Shown piece after piece: positions 48,980-59,508 of a stretch of 64,000 nt of DNA. Source of the stretch: Candidatus Marinacidobacterales bacterium (GTDB taxonomy: Bacteria > Acidobacteriota > Vicinamibacteria > Marinacidobacterales > SMYC01); the NCBI GenBank assembly GCA_965237955.1, contig OZ250169.1, positions 7,104,001 to 7,168,000 on the forward strand. Direction: 5' to 3'. The position numbers and the translations under genes were made by a program. The notes below the pieces were generated by a model. It was not told the origin of the DNA. It saw nothing but the letters and a program-made list of their open reading frames with translations, and did not search any database. Position 1 is the first letter of the stretch; every line of letters starts with the position of its first letter.

Positions 48980-50071
48980 TCATGGTTCGATGGTGGTTGC
49001 GTATTGGGCTACCGGGGATACGTCTCGTCCCACGAGCGTGACTGAGCCTCGGATCTCTTTCGGCTTCGACACCTTGGGCGCGTCGTACTGTACGAACTCG
49101 GCCTTTTCCTCACCGCCACCGATATCCCGGATCGTGCACTGGACGAGCTCGGCGCTCTTCTTCGTGCAGCCGCTACCCATGGTTCGGATCGACTAGCCAT
49201 CCGGAGTCGAGAATACCAGCGTCGCGTCGCCAGTTTTGCTCGTCGGGTTCTTGACGAACGCCGATACGGAGAAGAACCCGCCAGAGGGCACCGGATCGTT
49301 GAGCGTTACCCGCAGCGCCCCGCCGGCCGCGAAGCCCGGGCCCGAACCCTTGTCGACCGTCACATCCCGAACGCGGGTGCATCCGCCTTCCCTGCCGTTG
49401 ATCCTGAGCACGGCGCGCACCGACTTGGTCGTAGGTCCGGTGACGCCCCCGTATTCGTGGCTCACGACGCCTTCGAGGTCGAACAGGCCGTCGCTTCGCG
49501 GGTCTCCCATGCCGACGTCGAACGAGTCGACAACGCCGGAGGGGTTGTTTTCATCCCAGGTGATCTCGAGCGTCTTCTCCCCCGCCGGTGTTCCGCGGTA
49601 GCTGAGAAAAAGGCCTACGACGTTCCCCGCGACATAGCCGAGATCGCTGAATCGGGCTCGCACTTCGATAATCTCGTCGCAGCTGAACGAAGGGGCCTGT
49701 TCCCAAGAGATCACGCCGACGCGGGGACCTACGGTCACGATACCGCCCACACCGATGACGAGGTTCAGAGGAGGTAGCGGGCTGGTGGATGGAAAATCGA
49801 GCGGGATTTCCCCTGTGTTGTCGGTGAACAGAAACGCCCGCGGTCCGATCTCGGCGGTCGCCGCGCCGGAGAGCTGTACCTGCTGTCCTACGAACTGGGC
49901 GGGGTTCGTGAGAATCTCGCCGACAGTTGTCCCCTGCTCCTGACCGACGTCAGCTAGAATCGATGGTATCGGGCCAGGCCCGATCGGCCCCGCACCGTCT
50001 TCGCTGCCACCGCCGCAGCCAACCACCAAACACGCGGCCACGACCAAGAATGAGAGCTTCACAAAACGCAT
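48980..50071 (-). CDS. Lipoprotein with OB-fold-like and Ig-like segments; in-frame TAG at 49193-49195
   Basis: Lipobox LVVGC; FLFTDNTGEIPLD resembles YgiW/BOF. ORF 48980..49180 continues in the same frame. Confidence 0.6.
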
Positions 50072-50122
50072 CCTTTCCTCCCGGCACGACTATAACGCGA
50101 CCGTGTGTCAGAATGCCGACCA

Positions 50123-50763
50123 TGTTGGTACTCGATGCACTCGGAGAGATACGACTCACCCACCCGATGGATCTGATCGGCGAGATTCTCGACAGCGGAA
50201 CAAACGCGATTGGGGTCACGCTGTGCGACCCCAAAACCTACGGAGAGACCGCGTTCGACGAGGCGCTTCGAGCGGTTCTGGCCTACGACCGGCACATCGA
50301 AGCCCATCCCGAACGCTTGATGAAGGCGACGACGATCGCCGACGCGGAACGTGCCGCCAAAGAAGGTCGGCTTGGCATCTACTACCGGTTCCAGAACGCG
50401 ACGCCGCTACAACGAGATCTGGATCGCGTCGACCTTCGGCGCCGAGCTCATCGAACGGATGAATGCGGTCGGGATGCTCATCGACACCTCGCACGCATCG
50501 ATGGCCACCATGGCCGATGCCATCAACTTATCGAAACAACCCATGTCATCGAAGACGACCCGGAAGAGATCCGTATCCTCCAGGAGGAAGAGGGAGCGCA
50601 GTTCCAGCCCGACCAGTGGCCGCTCTACATCAACGAGCTGAACGGTCCTCAGCGCATGGAAGTCGTCCTCGACGGGTTATCGAAACGCGGTTACAAAGGC
50701 GACGCGCTCGAAAAGATCGCGGGAAAGAATCTCTACCGGCTGTACGCGGACGTGATTGGGTAG
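50123..50763 (+). pseudogene. Membrane dipeptidase (M19) with internal deletions
   Basis: AAKEGRLGIYYRFQNA, FGAELIERMNAVGMLIDTSHAS (other frame), LSKRGY..LEKIAGKNLYR. Confidence 0.8.
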
Positions 50764-50767
50764 AGCG

Positions 50768-51967
50768 CTAGCCGGCGCGCTGCTTGCCGAGAACGCGGCC
50801 CTTCTTCTGGAGCTCGGCGAGAAACCTCTGGAACTTGAAGAGATCGGCGCCCTCGACGTGAATGATCTTCACGCCGATCTCGTAGGCATCGTTCTCCTCT
50901 TCGACCCGAACGACGCGCGCGGCGCAGTTCCACGTCTTCGACTCACGAGGTAGCCGCAGCTCGAGCTGCACGATGCCGCCCACGACGAGTCGCCGCCGCG
51001 AGCGAAACAGTAGACCACCTTGGCTGACATTCGAGGTCGTAAACGTGAGCGGCGTCTTCTCCAGAACCTGAAGCTTTCCATCCACCGCGACGTCGAAGCG
51101 GACGAACTCACGCCGCTCGTCCGAGAACGCTTCCACCCGATTCTTGCCGAACGCCTTGGCTCGATAGAGGGCGGCATCGGCTCGTGCGATGAGGTCGTCG
51201 GTGTTGGAGGCGTCGGTCGGTACCGTCGCCACACCGATGCTCACGGTGACTCTTCCGAGCGGCTGGGTGTCCCCACCGGTAAACCGAGCACGCTCGATCC
51301 TGAGCCGCATGTTCTCCGCAGCGGTGAGAGCGCCGTTTTTGAGCGTCGTCGGAAGGATAACCGTGAACTCTTCCCCGCCGTAGCGGCACACGACATCGAC
51401 CTCGCGAACGCATTTGTTGAGCACGCCGGCGAGCTTCTTCAACGCGGCGTTTCCGGCGAGATGCCCGTTCTGATCGTTGAACCACTTGAAATCATCGACG
51501 TCGATCATCAGGAGCGACATGCCGCGGTCGTAGCGACGCACCCGCTTGATCTCCTGTTCGATCCGGTGCTTGAAGTAGCGGAAGTTGTAGCTCCGAGTGA
51601 GCTCGTCCACAATCACGGAATCCTCCGCCTGCTGAAGGAACTTGATCTCGACGATCGCCGGGTTGCGCAGCTTCTTTTGGACCTTCAGAAAGTAGTGCAC
51701 GACGACGACACGGAGGTCGAGCCGCGAGCCCGTCCTGCGATCGAGCTCCTCCCAAACGTCGAGGACCTTCTGCCAGTGATTTTTCGCGCGGCGGGGGGCG
51801 AAATCCAGATGGGCGAGGATGTAGAAGACACTCCGGTACGCGTCCGCCCCGTATTTCTCCTTGAGCTGCAGCAGGCGGCGTTTCCACGCGCCGCGGCCCT
51901 GGAGGCGCTCGAGCGAAGAGATGATCTTCTTAGACAGATCGGAGCTCTTGGTCGTCAGCTCGGGCAT
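50768..51967 (-). CDS. Diguanylate cyclase (GGEEF) with C-terminal PilZ
   Basis: DVDDFKWFNDQNGHLAG, REVD I-site, RYGGEEF, ADAALYRAK; ERREFVRF / NVSQGG PilZ motifs. Confidence 0.9.
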   Translation of the reverse strand: MPELTTKSSDLSKKIISSLERLQGRGAWKRRLLQLKEKYGADAYRSVFYILAHLDFAPRRAKNHWQKVLDVWEELDRRTGSRLDLRVVVVHYFLKVQKKLRNPAIVEIKFLQQAEDSVIVDELTRSYNFRYFKHRIEQEIKRVRRYDRGMSLLMIDVDDFKWFNDQNGHLAGNAALKKLAGVLNKCVREVDVVCRYGGEEFTVILPTTLKNGALTAAENMRLRIERARFTGGDTQPLGRVTVSIGVATVPTDASNTDDLIARADAALYRAKAFGKNRVEAFSDERREFVRFDVAVDGKLQVLEKTPLTFTTSNVSQGGLLFRSRRRLVVGGIVQLELRLPRESKTWNCAARVVRVEEENDAYEIGVKIIHVEGADLFKFQRFLAELQKKGRVLGKQRAG

Positions 51968-52096
51968 GAGATTCCAGACCCCAGTTGGTGATTCGAACAG
52001 TCTTATGGTTTGCAAATAGGATATCAAAATGCTTCCAATTGTTCACTGGCCGCCACGCGCTTGTTGGGTTAGAGTGCCCGCCTCAGGAGGGTCGTC

Positions 52097-53401
52097 ATGA
52101 GAAACGCTTTATGGGCCGTCGTTTTCGGCGGATTTATTGGCCTCGGCTGCGCCACGGAACAGGCTGAACAGGATGACCAGGCTGCCACGCCTGACGGGAG
52201 CCAGGCCTTCGTTGGCGCCACCCTGTTCGACGGTACCGGCGCGGACACGATCGGAAACGCCGTCATCGTCGTGCGGGATGGCCGGATCGAGGCCGTCGGC
52301 TCCGCCGATGCAGTCGAAATCCCAGCGGGTGCCGAGCGCATCGACGTTTCCGGAAAAACAATCGTCCCCGGCCTGATCAACACCCATGGCCACGTGAGCG
52401 CGGTGCGCGGGCTCGAAGGCGGCCACTACAACGAGGACAACCTACTCCGACAGCTCGGACTCTACGCGCGCTACGGCGTCACCGCGGTGAACTCTCTCGG
52501 CGGTGACGGAGCCGAAGCCGTCGCACTTCGCGACGCCGAGGACGCCAGCCTCGATCGAGCGCGGATTACCGTCGCCGGCGACGTCGTCACCGGTGAGACC
52601 GTCGAAGAGATCCAAGCGGCCGTCGACGCGAACATCGCTCTCGGCGTGGACTTCATCAAGATCCGGGTCGACGACAACCTCGGCACCGGAACCAAGATGA
52701 CGTCCGAGCTCTATCGAGCAGCGATCGACCGCGCGCACGACAATGGCATGAAGCTCGCCTCGCATTTGTTCTACCTCGAAGACGCCAAGGGTCTCCTGGA
52801 AGCGGGTACCGATTTCGTCGCCCACAGCGTGCGGGATCAGGAAGTCGACGACGAGGTCATCGCCCTCATGAAAGAGAAAAACGTCTGCTACTGCCCTACG
52901 CTGACGCGCGAGGTGTCGACCTTCGTGTATGAGTCGGTTCCGGAGTGGTTCGAAGACGCGTTCTTTCTCAAAGAAGCGGACCCCTCCGTGCTCGATCAGC
53001 TCAAAGACCCCGAGCGCATGCAGGGTGTCCAAGACAGTTCGGCGGCGAAGAGTTACAAGAAAGCCCTCGCAATCGCCATGCCGAACCTGAAGAAAGTTGC
53101 CGACGGCGGCGCAACGATCGCCTTCGGTACCGACACCGGACCTGCCGGGCGGTTCCAAGGCTACTTCGAGCACATGGAGCTCGAGATGATGGCCGACGCG
53201 GGTCTGTCGCCAAAGCAGATCCTGATGTCGGCGACGGGTGATGCTGCGATGTGCCTGGGGTTCACGGAAATAGGAACACTCGAATCTGGAAAATGGGCCG
53301 ATTTCATCGTCGTGAGCGACAATCCTCTGAAGGACATCCGCAACATGCGAAGCATCGACGCTGTGTATATCTCGGGCAATCGAGTCCCGGACGAAACTTG
53401 A
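52097..53401 (+). CDS. Amidohydrolase family lipoprotein
   Basis: PGLINTHGH, FIKIRVDD, ASH, AHS, FGTDTG, GTLESGKWADF. Confidence 0.9.
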   Translation: MRNALWAVVFGGFIGLGCATEQAEQDDQAATPDGSQAFVGATLFDGTGADTIGNAVIVVRDGRIEAVGSADAVEIPAGAERIDVSGKTIVPGLINTHGHVSAVRGLEGGHYNEDNLLRQLGLYARYGVTAVNSLGGDGAEAVALRDAEDASLDRARITVAGDVVTGETVEEIQAAVDANIALGVDFIKIRVDDNLGTGTKMTSELYRAAIDRAHDNGMKLASHLFYLEDAKGLLEAGTDFVAHSVRDQEVDDEVIALMKEKNVCYCPTLTREVSTFVYESVPEWFEDAFFLKEADPSVLDQLKDPERMQGVQDSSAAKSYKKALAIAMPNLKKVADGGATIAFGTDTGPAGRFQGYFEHMELEMMADAGLSPKQILMSATGDAAMCLGFTEIGTLESGKWADFIVVSDNPLKDIRNMRSIDAVYISGNRVPDET

Positions 53402-53418
53402 CGGCAAAGGAACTAATC

Positions 53419-53851
53419 ATGCGGACACCAACGAGAGATTACTTTCTTCACCGCCGACCAAAAACGTAAGGCGATTCAGGTCAACAAAGGCGCCCGCCAA
53501 ATGATGGAGTGGGCAAGAAAACATGACCTGCTCATCGTCTCCGGCGGCGACATGTTCGGAGCAGCCTACGCCAACCGCCAGGCCGACAACATCATCATGG
53601 TGGGTGAGGTTGGCTTCACCCCGCTCGAGGCGCTCAAGCAAGCGACGTCCAACGCCGCGATCGTGCTTGGGTGGTCTGGCGGAATGAATCCCTACAAGGA
53701 GGGCTCGCTGGGTGTGATCGAGGAAGGAGCCTACGCGGACATGCTTCTCGTCGATGGTAATCCTCTGGAGGACCTGAAGGTGATCCGCGACTACGAGAAC
53801 AACTTCAAGGTCATCATCAAGGACGGGAAGATCTGGAAGAACGAGCTTTAG
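53419..53851 (+). pseudogene. Amidohydrolase remnant (RBS + ATG joined to the C-terminal part)
   Basis: AAGGAA-ATG, then out of frame VSGGDMFG..FTPLEALKQATSNAA..LGVIEEGAYADMLLVDGNPL..IIKDGKIWK. Confidence 0.8.
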
Positions 53852-54089
53852 TGGCTCGTCGCGCCCCCAACACCATCGCGTGTGCTGCCGCGCTCGCCGT
53901 CACGGTGCAGCCTGGCTGGTCGCAGGAGCCCGATCCAGAAGCGGACCAGCACGGGCCGGAGCAAACTCAACCTCGCGCGAGTTTCGGGGGGCCGGACGGG
54001 ACGTCGCAAGTCCGGCGAAACGGGGGAGGGACACTTCGAGAAATCTCGTCTCTCCTTTACATGCAGCCACACAACTTGAGAGGACGAAA

Positions 54090-54118
54090 TTGACTATAGT
54101 GGATGACCATGGTACATT
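54090..54118 (+). promoter_or_regulatory. Sigma-70 promoter with tandem palindromic operator for the TA operon
   Basis: TTGACT-17 bp-TACATT overlapping TGACTATAGT and TGACCATGGT. Confidence 0.7.
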
Positions 54119-54125
54119 TTTAGCG

Positions 54126-54365
54126 GTGAAAGAGGTCAGCGTCTCCAAGTTCAAGGCGACCTGCCTCGAGCTTTTGCGCGAAGTCCAGGAGACTGGGCAG
54201 TCGATTCTCATCACGAAGCACGGCAACCCCGTCGCCGAAGTCCATCCGCCTCGACCGAAACGCGCCCGTAGCCCGATTGGCATCATGAAGGGCCGCGGAG
54301 AGATCTTGGGAGATATCGTCTCGCCCGCCGTGCCGGCCGAAGAGTGGGAGGGTCTCAAGAAGTGA
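54126..54365 (+). CDS. Phd/YefM family antitoxin
   Basis: VSVSKFKATCLELLREVQETGQSILITKHGNPVAEV. Confidence 0.9.
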   Translation: MKEVSVSKFKATCLELLREVQETGQSILITKHGNPVAEVHPPRPKRARSPIGIMKGRGEILGDIVSPAVPAEEWEGLKK

Positions 54366-54757
54366 AGCTTCTTCTCGACACCAGTGTGTTCTTGTGGATG
54401 GTGTTCGACGAGCCCAAACTCGGCCGAAAAACGAAACAGCTATTGGAAGCGTCGAGCACCGAGCTCTGGTTATCCCCGATCTCACTTTGGGAGTCGATGC
54501 TGCTCGACCGCGACGGCAAGCTTCGGCTCGAGCCAAATCCGCTTCGCTGGGCGCGCGATACCCTGGCGGCCTTTCCGTTCCACGAAGCTCCGCTCAATCA
54601 CGAAGTCGCGCTTTGTACCCGTGGGATCAGCATGGAGCACGAAGACCCCGCAGATCGCTTCCTCGCCGCCACTGCGGCCGTATACAATCTCACCCTTCTC
54701 ACCAGCGATGAGCGCTTGCTCGAAGGCCGCGGCTACTCGGTGCTCGCAAATGCCTAG
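54362..54757 (+). CDS. vapC: VapC/PIN domain toxin
   Basis: LLLDTSVFLW, SPISLWE, HEDPADRFLAATA, LLTSD; GTGA overlap with the antitoxin. Confidence 0.9.
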   Translation: MKLLLDTSVFLWMVFDEPKLGRKTKQLLEASSTELWLSPISLWESMLLDRDGKLRLEPNPLRWARDTLAAFPFHEAPLNHEVALCTRGISMEHEDPADRFLAATAAVYNLTLLTSDERLLEGRGYSVLANA

Positions 54758-55070
54758 ACACAGAATAGAACTCGATACAGCGATGCCATGCCTTCACTGT
54801 CACCGGTTGTGACCTGATTCGGTAATCGAATCGTGCGTGCCGGCCGTCTGCTCCAGCTAAAGTTATACAGCTCGGTCCCCGCGAGGTCACGTTCTGCAAG
54901 TTGATCGGGGAAGCGCCGGAGCCCGAGCGTTGCCAATATACGTAGTACAGGAGACCCCGATTGATCGGGAGTACCGTTTTCCTGGGCACCAGTCGCCGGC
55001 GTAGAGCCACTTACTCGCGACGACCATCTGGTTGCTTCCCGATCGACCGTCGTTCTAAGATCGCCACGCT

Positions 55071-57700
55071 GTGTCCCTCGAACCTGGTCAGAAGCTCGCC
55101 CACTACGAGGTTGTGGAGCCCATCGGTAAGGGCGGAATGGGAGAGGTCTACCGCGCGCGCGACACCAAGCTCGGCCGCGAGGTCGCCATCAAAACCCTCC
55201 CCGAAGCCTTCTCCCGGGACAAGGAGCGCCTGGCCCGCTTCGAGCGAGAAGCCCGGTTGCTCGCTTCGCTGAACCATCCCAACATCGCCACCATTCACGG
55301 TCTCGAGGAGTCGGATGGTGTGTGCTTCCTGGTGATGGAGCTGGTGGAGGGAGAGACCATCGCGGAGCGAATCGGAAGCGGCCCTTTGCCTCTGGAGGAA
55401 TCTCTCGCCATCGCGAAGCAAATCGCACAAGCGCTCGAAGCGGCCCATGCGAAAGGAATCATTCATCGGGATTTGAAACCGGCGAACATGAAGATCAAGA
55501 GCGACGGTCGGTCAAGGTTCTCGATTTCGGTCTGGCAAAGGCGCTGGAAGGCGCTACGCCGAATCTGGACGATTCCAACTCCCCCACGCTGACGCGGGCT
55601 GCTACCCAGGCGGGCGTCCTTCTCGGAACGGCTGCCTATATGAGCCCGGAGCAGGCTCGCGGCGAGCCGGTCGATAAGCGCGCCGACATCTGGGCCTTCG
55701 GCTGCGTGCTCTACGAGATGCTCACCGGCAGGCGGGTCTTCGAAGAAGATACGGTCTCGGACACCCTCGCTGCGGCTCTGAAAACCGATCCCGGTTGGAA
55801 CGCCCTTCCGAAAGACACCCCTCGCGGCCTTCGGAAGTTGCTGCACCGCTGCTTGAGGAGAAGCGCGAAAGAGCGCCTCCAGGACATCGGCGATGCGCGC
55901 ATCGAGATCGATGACGCCCTCTCCGAGCCGGAGGAGCTTGCGCCGGAGGCGGCCGTATCGAGCCGCCAACCGGCGCTGATCGTTGCGGCAATCTCCACTC
56001 TGGCTGGGCTTGCGCTTGGGGCCGTTGTCGCGTGGTGGGGCGTTTCGACGGGCTCCGTCGACATGCCCGTGCGGACCTTCCAGCTCGTTTCGGAGGATGT
56101 GCTGGACGTGTCGGCTCGTTATTCTCTGCCCGCGATCTCCGCGGACGGGAGGAGAGTCGCGTTTGCCAGCGGCGGCCGATTGTGGATCCGAGACCTGGAC
56201 CAGCTCGAGCCACGCGAGCTCCCGGGGACCGAAGGGGCGCGCCGGCCGTTCTGGTCGCCCGACGGCGAGACCGTCGGCTACGCGGTGGGGAGGGAGCTTC
56301 GCAAGATCCCCGCGCAGGCAGGCACGAGCACGCTCATTTGCGAGCTGCCCGGACCCTTCATGGGCGGGAGCTGGGGGGCCGGCGGGAGGATCGTCTTGTC
56401 GACCCCCGTCCGCGGCCTATTCCAGGTCCCGGCAACGAGCGGTGAGCCCCGCTCACTCGCCGTGCCCGATCGAGCCCGCGGCGAAGCCGGTTTTCATTCG
56501 CCGCAATTTCTCCCCGATGGCGAGACCCTCATCTTCAGGGTGCGGACGCGCGATCGGGAATTGTACACTCTCGGGCTGCAGACCGGAGGAACGCGAAAGG
56601 TCCTCCTTCAGGTCGATGGAGCGGTTCAGTCGCCGGTCTTTTCCCCCTCGGGCCACATCGTCTTCCAGCAAGATTTCCCCAACCGCGGCATCTGGGCGGC
56701 TCCGTTCTCTCTTTCGAGCCTGTCGCTGACCGGCGATCCTTTTCTGGTCGTTCCGGATGGGATCTACCCGAGTGTTTCGGCGGACGGCACGCTCGTCTAT
56801 GTTTCCGGAACCCGGTCCGTCGGAGACCGGCTCGCCTGGGTCGACCGCCAGGGGAACCTCCTCGAGACCTTCGGCCAACCTCATGATCAGATGCGGGCTC
56901 CGGCCATTTCCCCCGATGGCCGCAAGGTCGCGGTGATGGGACAAGAGAAAGGCAACCGCGACATCTGGGTGCATGATGCGACGCGAGACACCCGCACCCG
57001 GCTGACCCTCGCCCCGGCCGGAGAGTACGACCCGGTCTGGTCGCCCTCGGGAGATCGGATTGCGTTTGTCGCGGAAGGGGGCATCTTCGTGAAGGCAGCG
57101 GACGGTAGCGGTGAGGCCGAACCTCTGGTCACCGAAGAGGGGCCGCGACGGGTGATGGAGCCGAGCTGGTCGAGAGATGGGAAGTATTTGGCCTATACCA
57201 CCAACCGGGATGTGTGGTATCTTCCGCTCGACGCCGCGGAAAATACGCGCGAGCCGGTCGCTTTCTTGACAACTGCCGGCATCAGAGAAGGAGCAGCCCG
57301 ATTCTCTCCCGACGGACGGTATCTGGCCTACGCATCGGAGGAGTCGGGACGGCCCGAGGTCTACGTCAAGCCCTTCCCGGAAGGCGACGATCGCTGGCAA
57401 GTTTCCGTCCATGGAGGTGCCCACCCCCAATGGAGTGGTCGAGGCGACGAGATCTTCTATTTGGAGGAGAACACCCTGATGGTCACCTCGGTGCGGACCG
57501 AGCCCGACTTCTCCGTCGGTATTCCGCAGAAGCTCTTCTCGGGCGAGGGGCTGCAGGCGGAGCTCGCCGCCTTCGGCGACGCCCGCTATGACGTCGCGCC
57601 CGACGGGGAGCGGTTCGTGATCGTGAAGACCGTCTTCGAAGGTGAGCCCGCCATTACCGCCATCCAAAACTGGCCCGCGATCCTCGAGAAAGGGCGATGA
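55071..57700 (+). CDS. Ser/Thr kinase + TM + TolB-like propeller; single frameshift near 55510
   Basis: GKGGMGEV, VAIK, HRDLKPAN in ORF 55071..55592; VKVLDFGLAK, YMSPEQ and SPDG repeats in ORF 55322..57700. Confidence 0.88.
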
Positions 57701-57764
57701 GCAGCGGAATGGAGACCGCGGGCTTTCCGCGATGACTCTCGGACCGTCCCCTCGTACGTGAGGC

Positions 57765-58048
57765 GACCTCGCCCGGGCCTATGCGTTGGCGGGTAAGACG
57801 ACAACAAACGGCGCATGCTGGAAGGGCTAGAAGAACTATCGAAGAAAAGCTCTGTTCAGCCATTCTCGGTAGCAGTTCTTTACAGAGGTTACCGCAAAAG
57901 CGACCACGCCTTCGAGTGGCTGGAGGAAGCGTATCGGCACCGGAGTGGACGGTTGGCCTGTCTCAAAGGGAACCTGACGCTTGACCCCCGTCCGCCTCGT
58001 TCAGAACTGGTTCGAGAGCTGAAGCGGCTCGTTCCGAGGGACAACTAA
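57765..58048 (+). pseudogene. C-terminal TPR remnant of a kinase/adenylate-cyclase-type protein
   Basis: LARAYALAG; VQPFSVAVLY..DHAFEWLEEAYRHRSG..LK...LDP. Confidence 0.65.
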
Positions 58049-58095
58049 ACGCTCCAGCGTTAGGTCGTTGCCCCAACACCCCTCTGAAATCGCCT

Positions 58096-58186
58096 GATAT
58101 AACGACCCAGGTCAGCTGCGAGCGGCGTCAACTTTGGTTCGTCAAGTATGAGGACGCCGATCGTCAGCTGCACCTGATGTTATATC
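58096..58186 (-). other. Integron attC-like recombination site (solitary)
   Basis: GATATAAC...GTTATATC outer boxes; inner stem CAGGT-CAGCTG-CGAGCGGCGTC / GACGCCGATCG(T)CAGCTG(C)ACCTG with two extrahelical bases; 91 bp. Confidence 0.75.
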
Positions 58187-58464
58187 GCCGTGCGCGGTCA
58201 TTTCACGTCGGTGCCTCGAACGTGCGTCCCCGGGTGATTACGACTTACTGTGTGAAGCGAACAAAGCCGAGCTAGCAAATGCCGGATCAGCTCCATTGCG
58301 AGAGAAAACAAGCTATGTTAGCGGCGGGCGTAAATTGCACACTTATGGCGGACGAAAATTGCACACTCGGCCATCCGTAAAAGGAGGCCGTTGTCGTGTG
58401 TCTGGAGTGCCAGACATGACGGCGCGCCTTCAATCAGAATGGCGTTTCCGGAGTGGAGGCGCCG

Positions 58465-59508
58465 ATGTACGGAAGGGAGAAACGAGTGTTACTACGAGAG
58501 TATTTGGAGCAGGGAATCAAGAAGGCGGCGCTAGCAGACAAGCTAGGAATCAGCCGCCGAACGGTCCACCACTGGATAAAGACGGGTCAACTGGACCGAG
58601 AGTTGGACGAGGAAACGGTGCGCTACAAGAAGCGTCCGCGGATCGAGCGCAGGATCGACCCGTACCGGGAGATCCTTCATTCGCGCCTGCACGAGTTCCC
58701 GGAGCTGAGTTCAGTACGCCTGCATGATGAGATCCGTGCCGCGGGCTATGAAGGCGGCTACACGCAGGTCAAGGAGTACGTGCGGCAGATTCGCCCACAG
58801 CCACCGGCGGAGCCGCTGGTGCGTTTCGAGACCTCACCAGGCCACCAAGCTCAGGTCGATTTTGCACACTTTCGTTTGCCATGGGGTCGTCGGTGGGCAC
58901 TTCTCGTGGTGCTCGGATACTCGAGGCTGCTATGGCTTCGGTTTTTCAAGCGACAGGACATGCGGACGTTGTTCGCGGGGCTTGAGCAGGCCTTCCTATT
59001 TTTTGGAGGAGTTCCCAAAGAGCTCCTTTTTGACCAGATGCGTTCGGTCATCGTCGAGGATCACCGCCGGGAAGGTGGCCCTCTCGTTGAGAACCCAGAG
59101 TTCGTCCGCTTCGCCCACCACTGGGAGTTTCGAACAAGAGCGTGTCGCCCGTATCGGGCGAAGACCAAGGGCAAAGTGGAAAGGCCAATCCGCTATGTGA
59201 GAGGAAGCTTCTTCTACGGTCGCCACTTTATCAACGATGACGACCTCGATGCTCAGCTCGAGCGTTGGCTGAGTGACGTCGCCAACGTCCGACTCCATCG
59301 CACAACCAACGAACGACCGATAGAACGATTCGCGCGCGATGAAAGGGCCACTCTGAGACCGCTCGTTGAGCGGCCATATCGCTCTCTTGTACTGCCAAAC
59401 CAACCCGCGAGAAGAACTCCAAAAGCCTGCTTAACCACACTGCCTTCGATGGATGTCGAGCATCGTCCCCTCGAAGTCTACACGCGGCTCGTTGGAGGTG
59501 GACAATGA
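58465..59508 (+). CDS. istA: IS21 transposase
   Basis: HTH, RFETSPGHQAQVDF, LGYSR, FGGVPKELLFDQM, KTKGKVERP. Confidence 0.95.
   Translation: MYGREKRVLLREYLEQGIKKAALADKLGISRRTVHHWIKTGQLDRELDEETVRYKKRPRIERRIDPYREILHSRLHEFPELSSVRLHDEIRAAGYEGGYTQVKEYVRQIRPQPPAEPLVRFETSPGHQAQVDFAHFRLPWGRRWALLVVLGYSRLLWLRFFKRQDMRTLFAGLEQAFLFFGGVPKELLFDQMRSVIVEDHRREGGPLVENPEFVRFAHHWEFRTRACRPYRAKTKGKVERPIRYVRGSFFYGRHFINDDDLDAQLERWLSDVANVRLHRTTNERPIERFARDERATLRPLVERPYRSLVLPNQPARRTPKACLTTLPSMDVEHRPLEVYTRLVGGGQ

Noticed and set aside
49193-49195. Pyrrolysine or stop-codon reassignment
   Set aside because: TAG terminates many ordinary genes here and no pyl genes are seen.
54760-55060. Short ORFs between vapC and the kinase
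   Set aside because: No recognisable motifs or RBS; possibly remnants but unsupported.
56453-57667. 404-aa minus-strand ORF
   Set aside because: Antisense shadow of the kinase-propeller gene.
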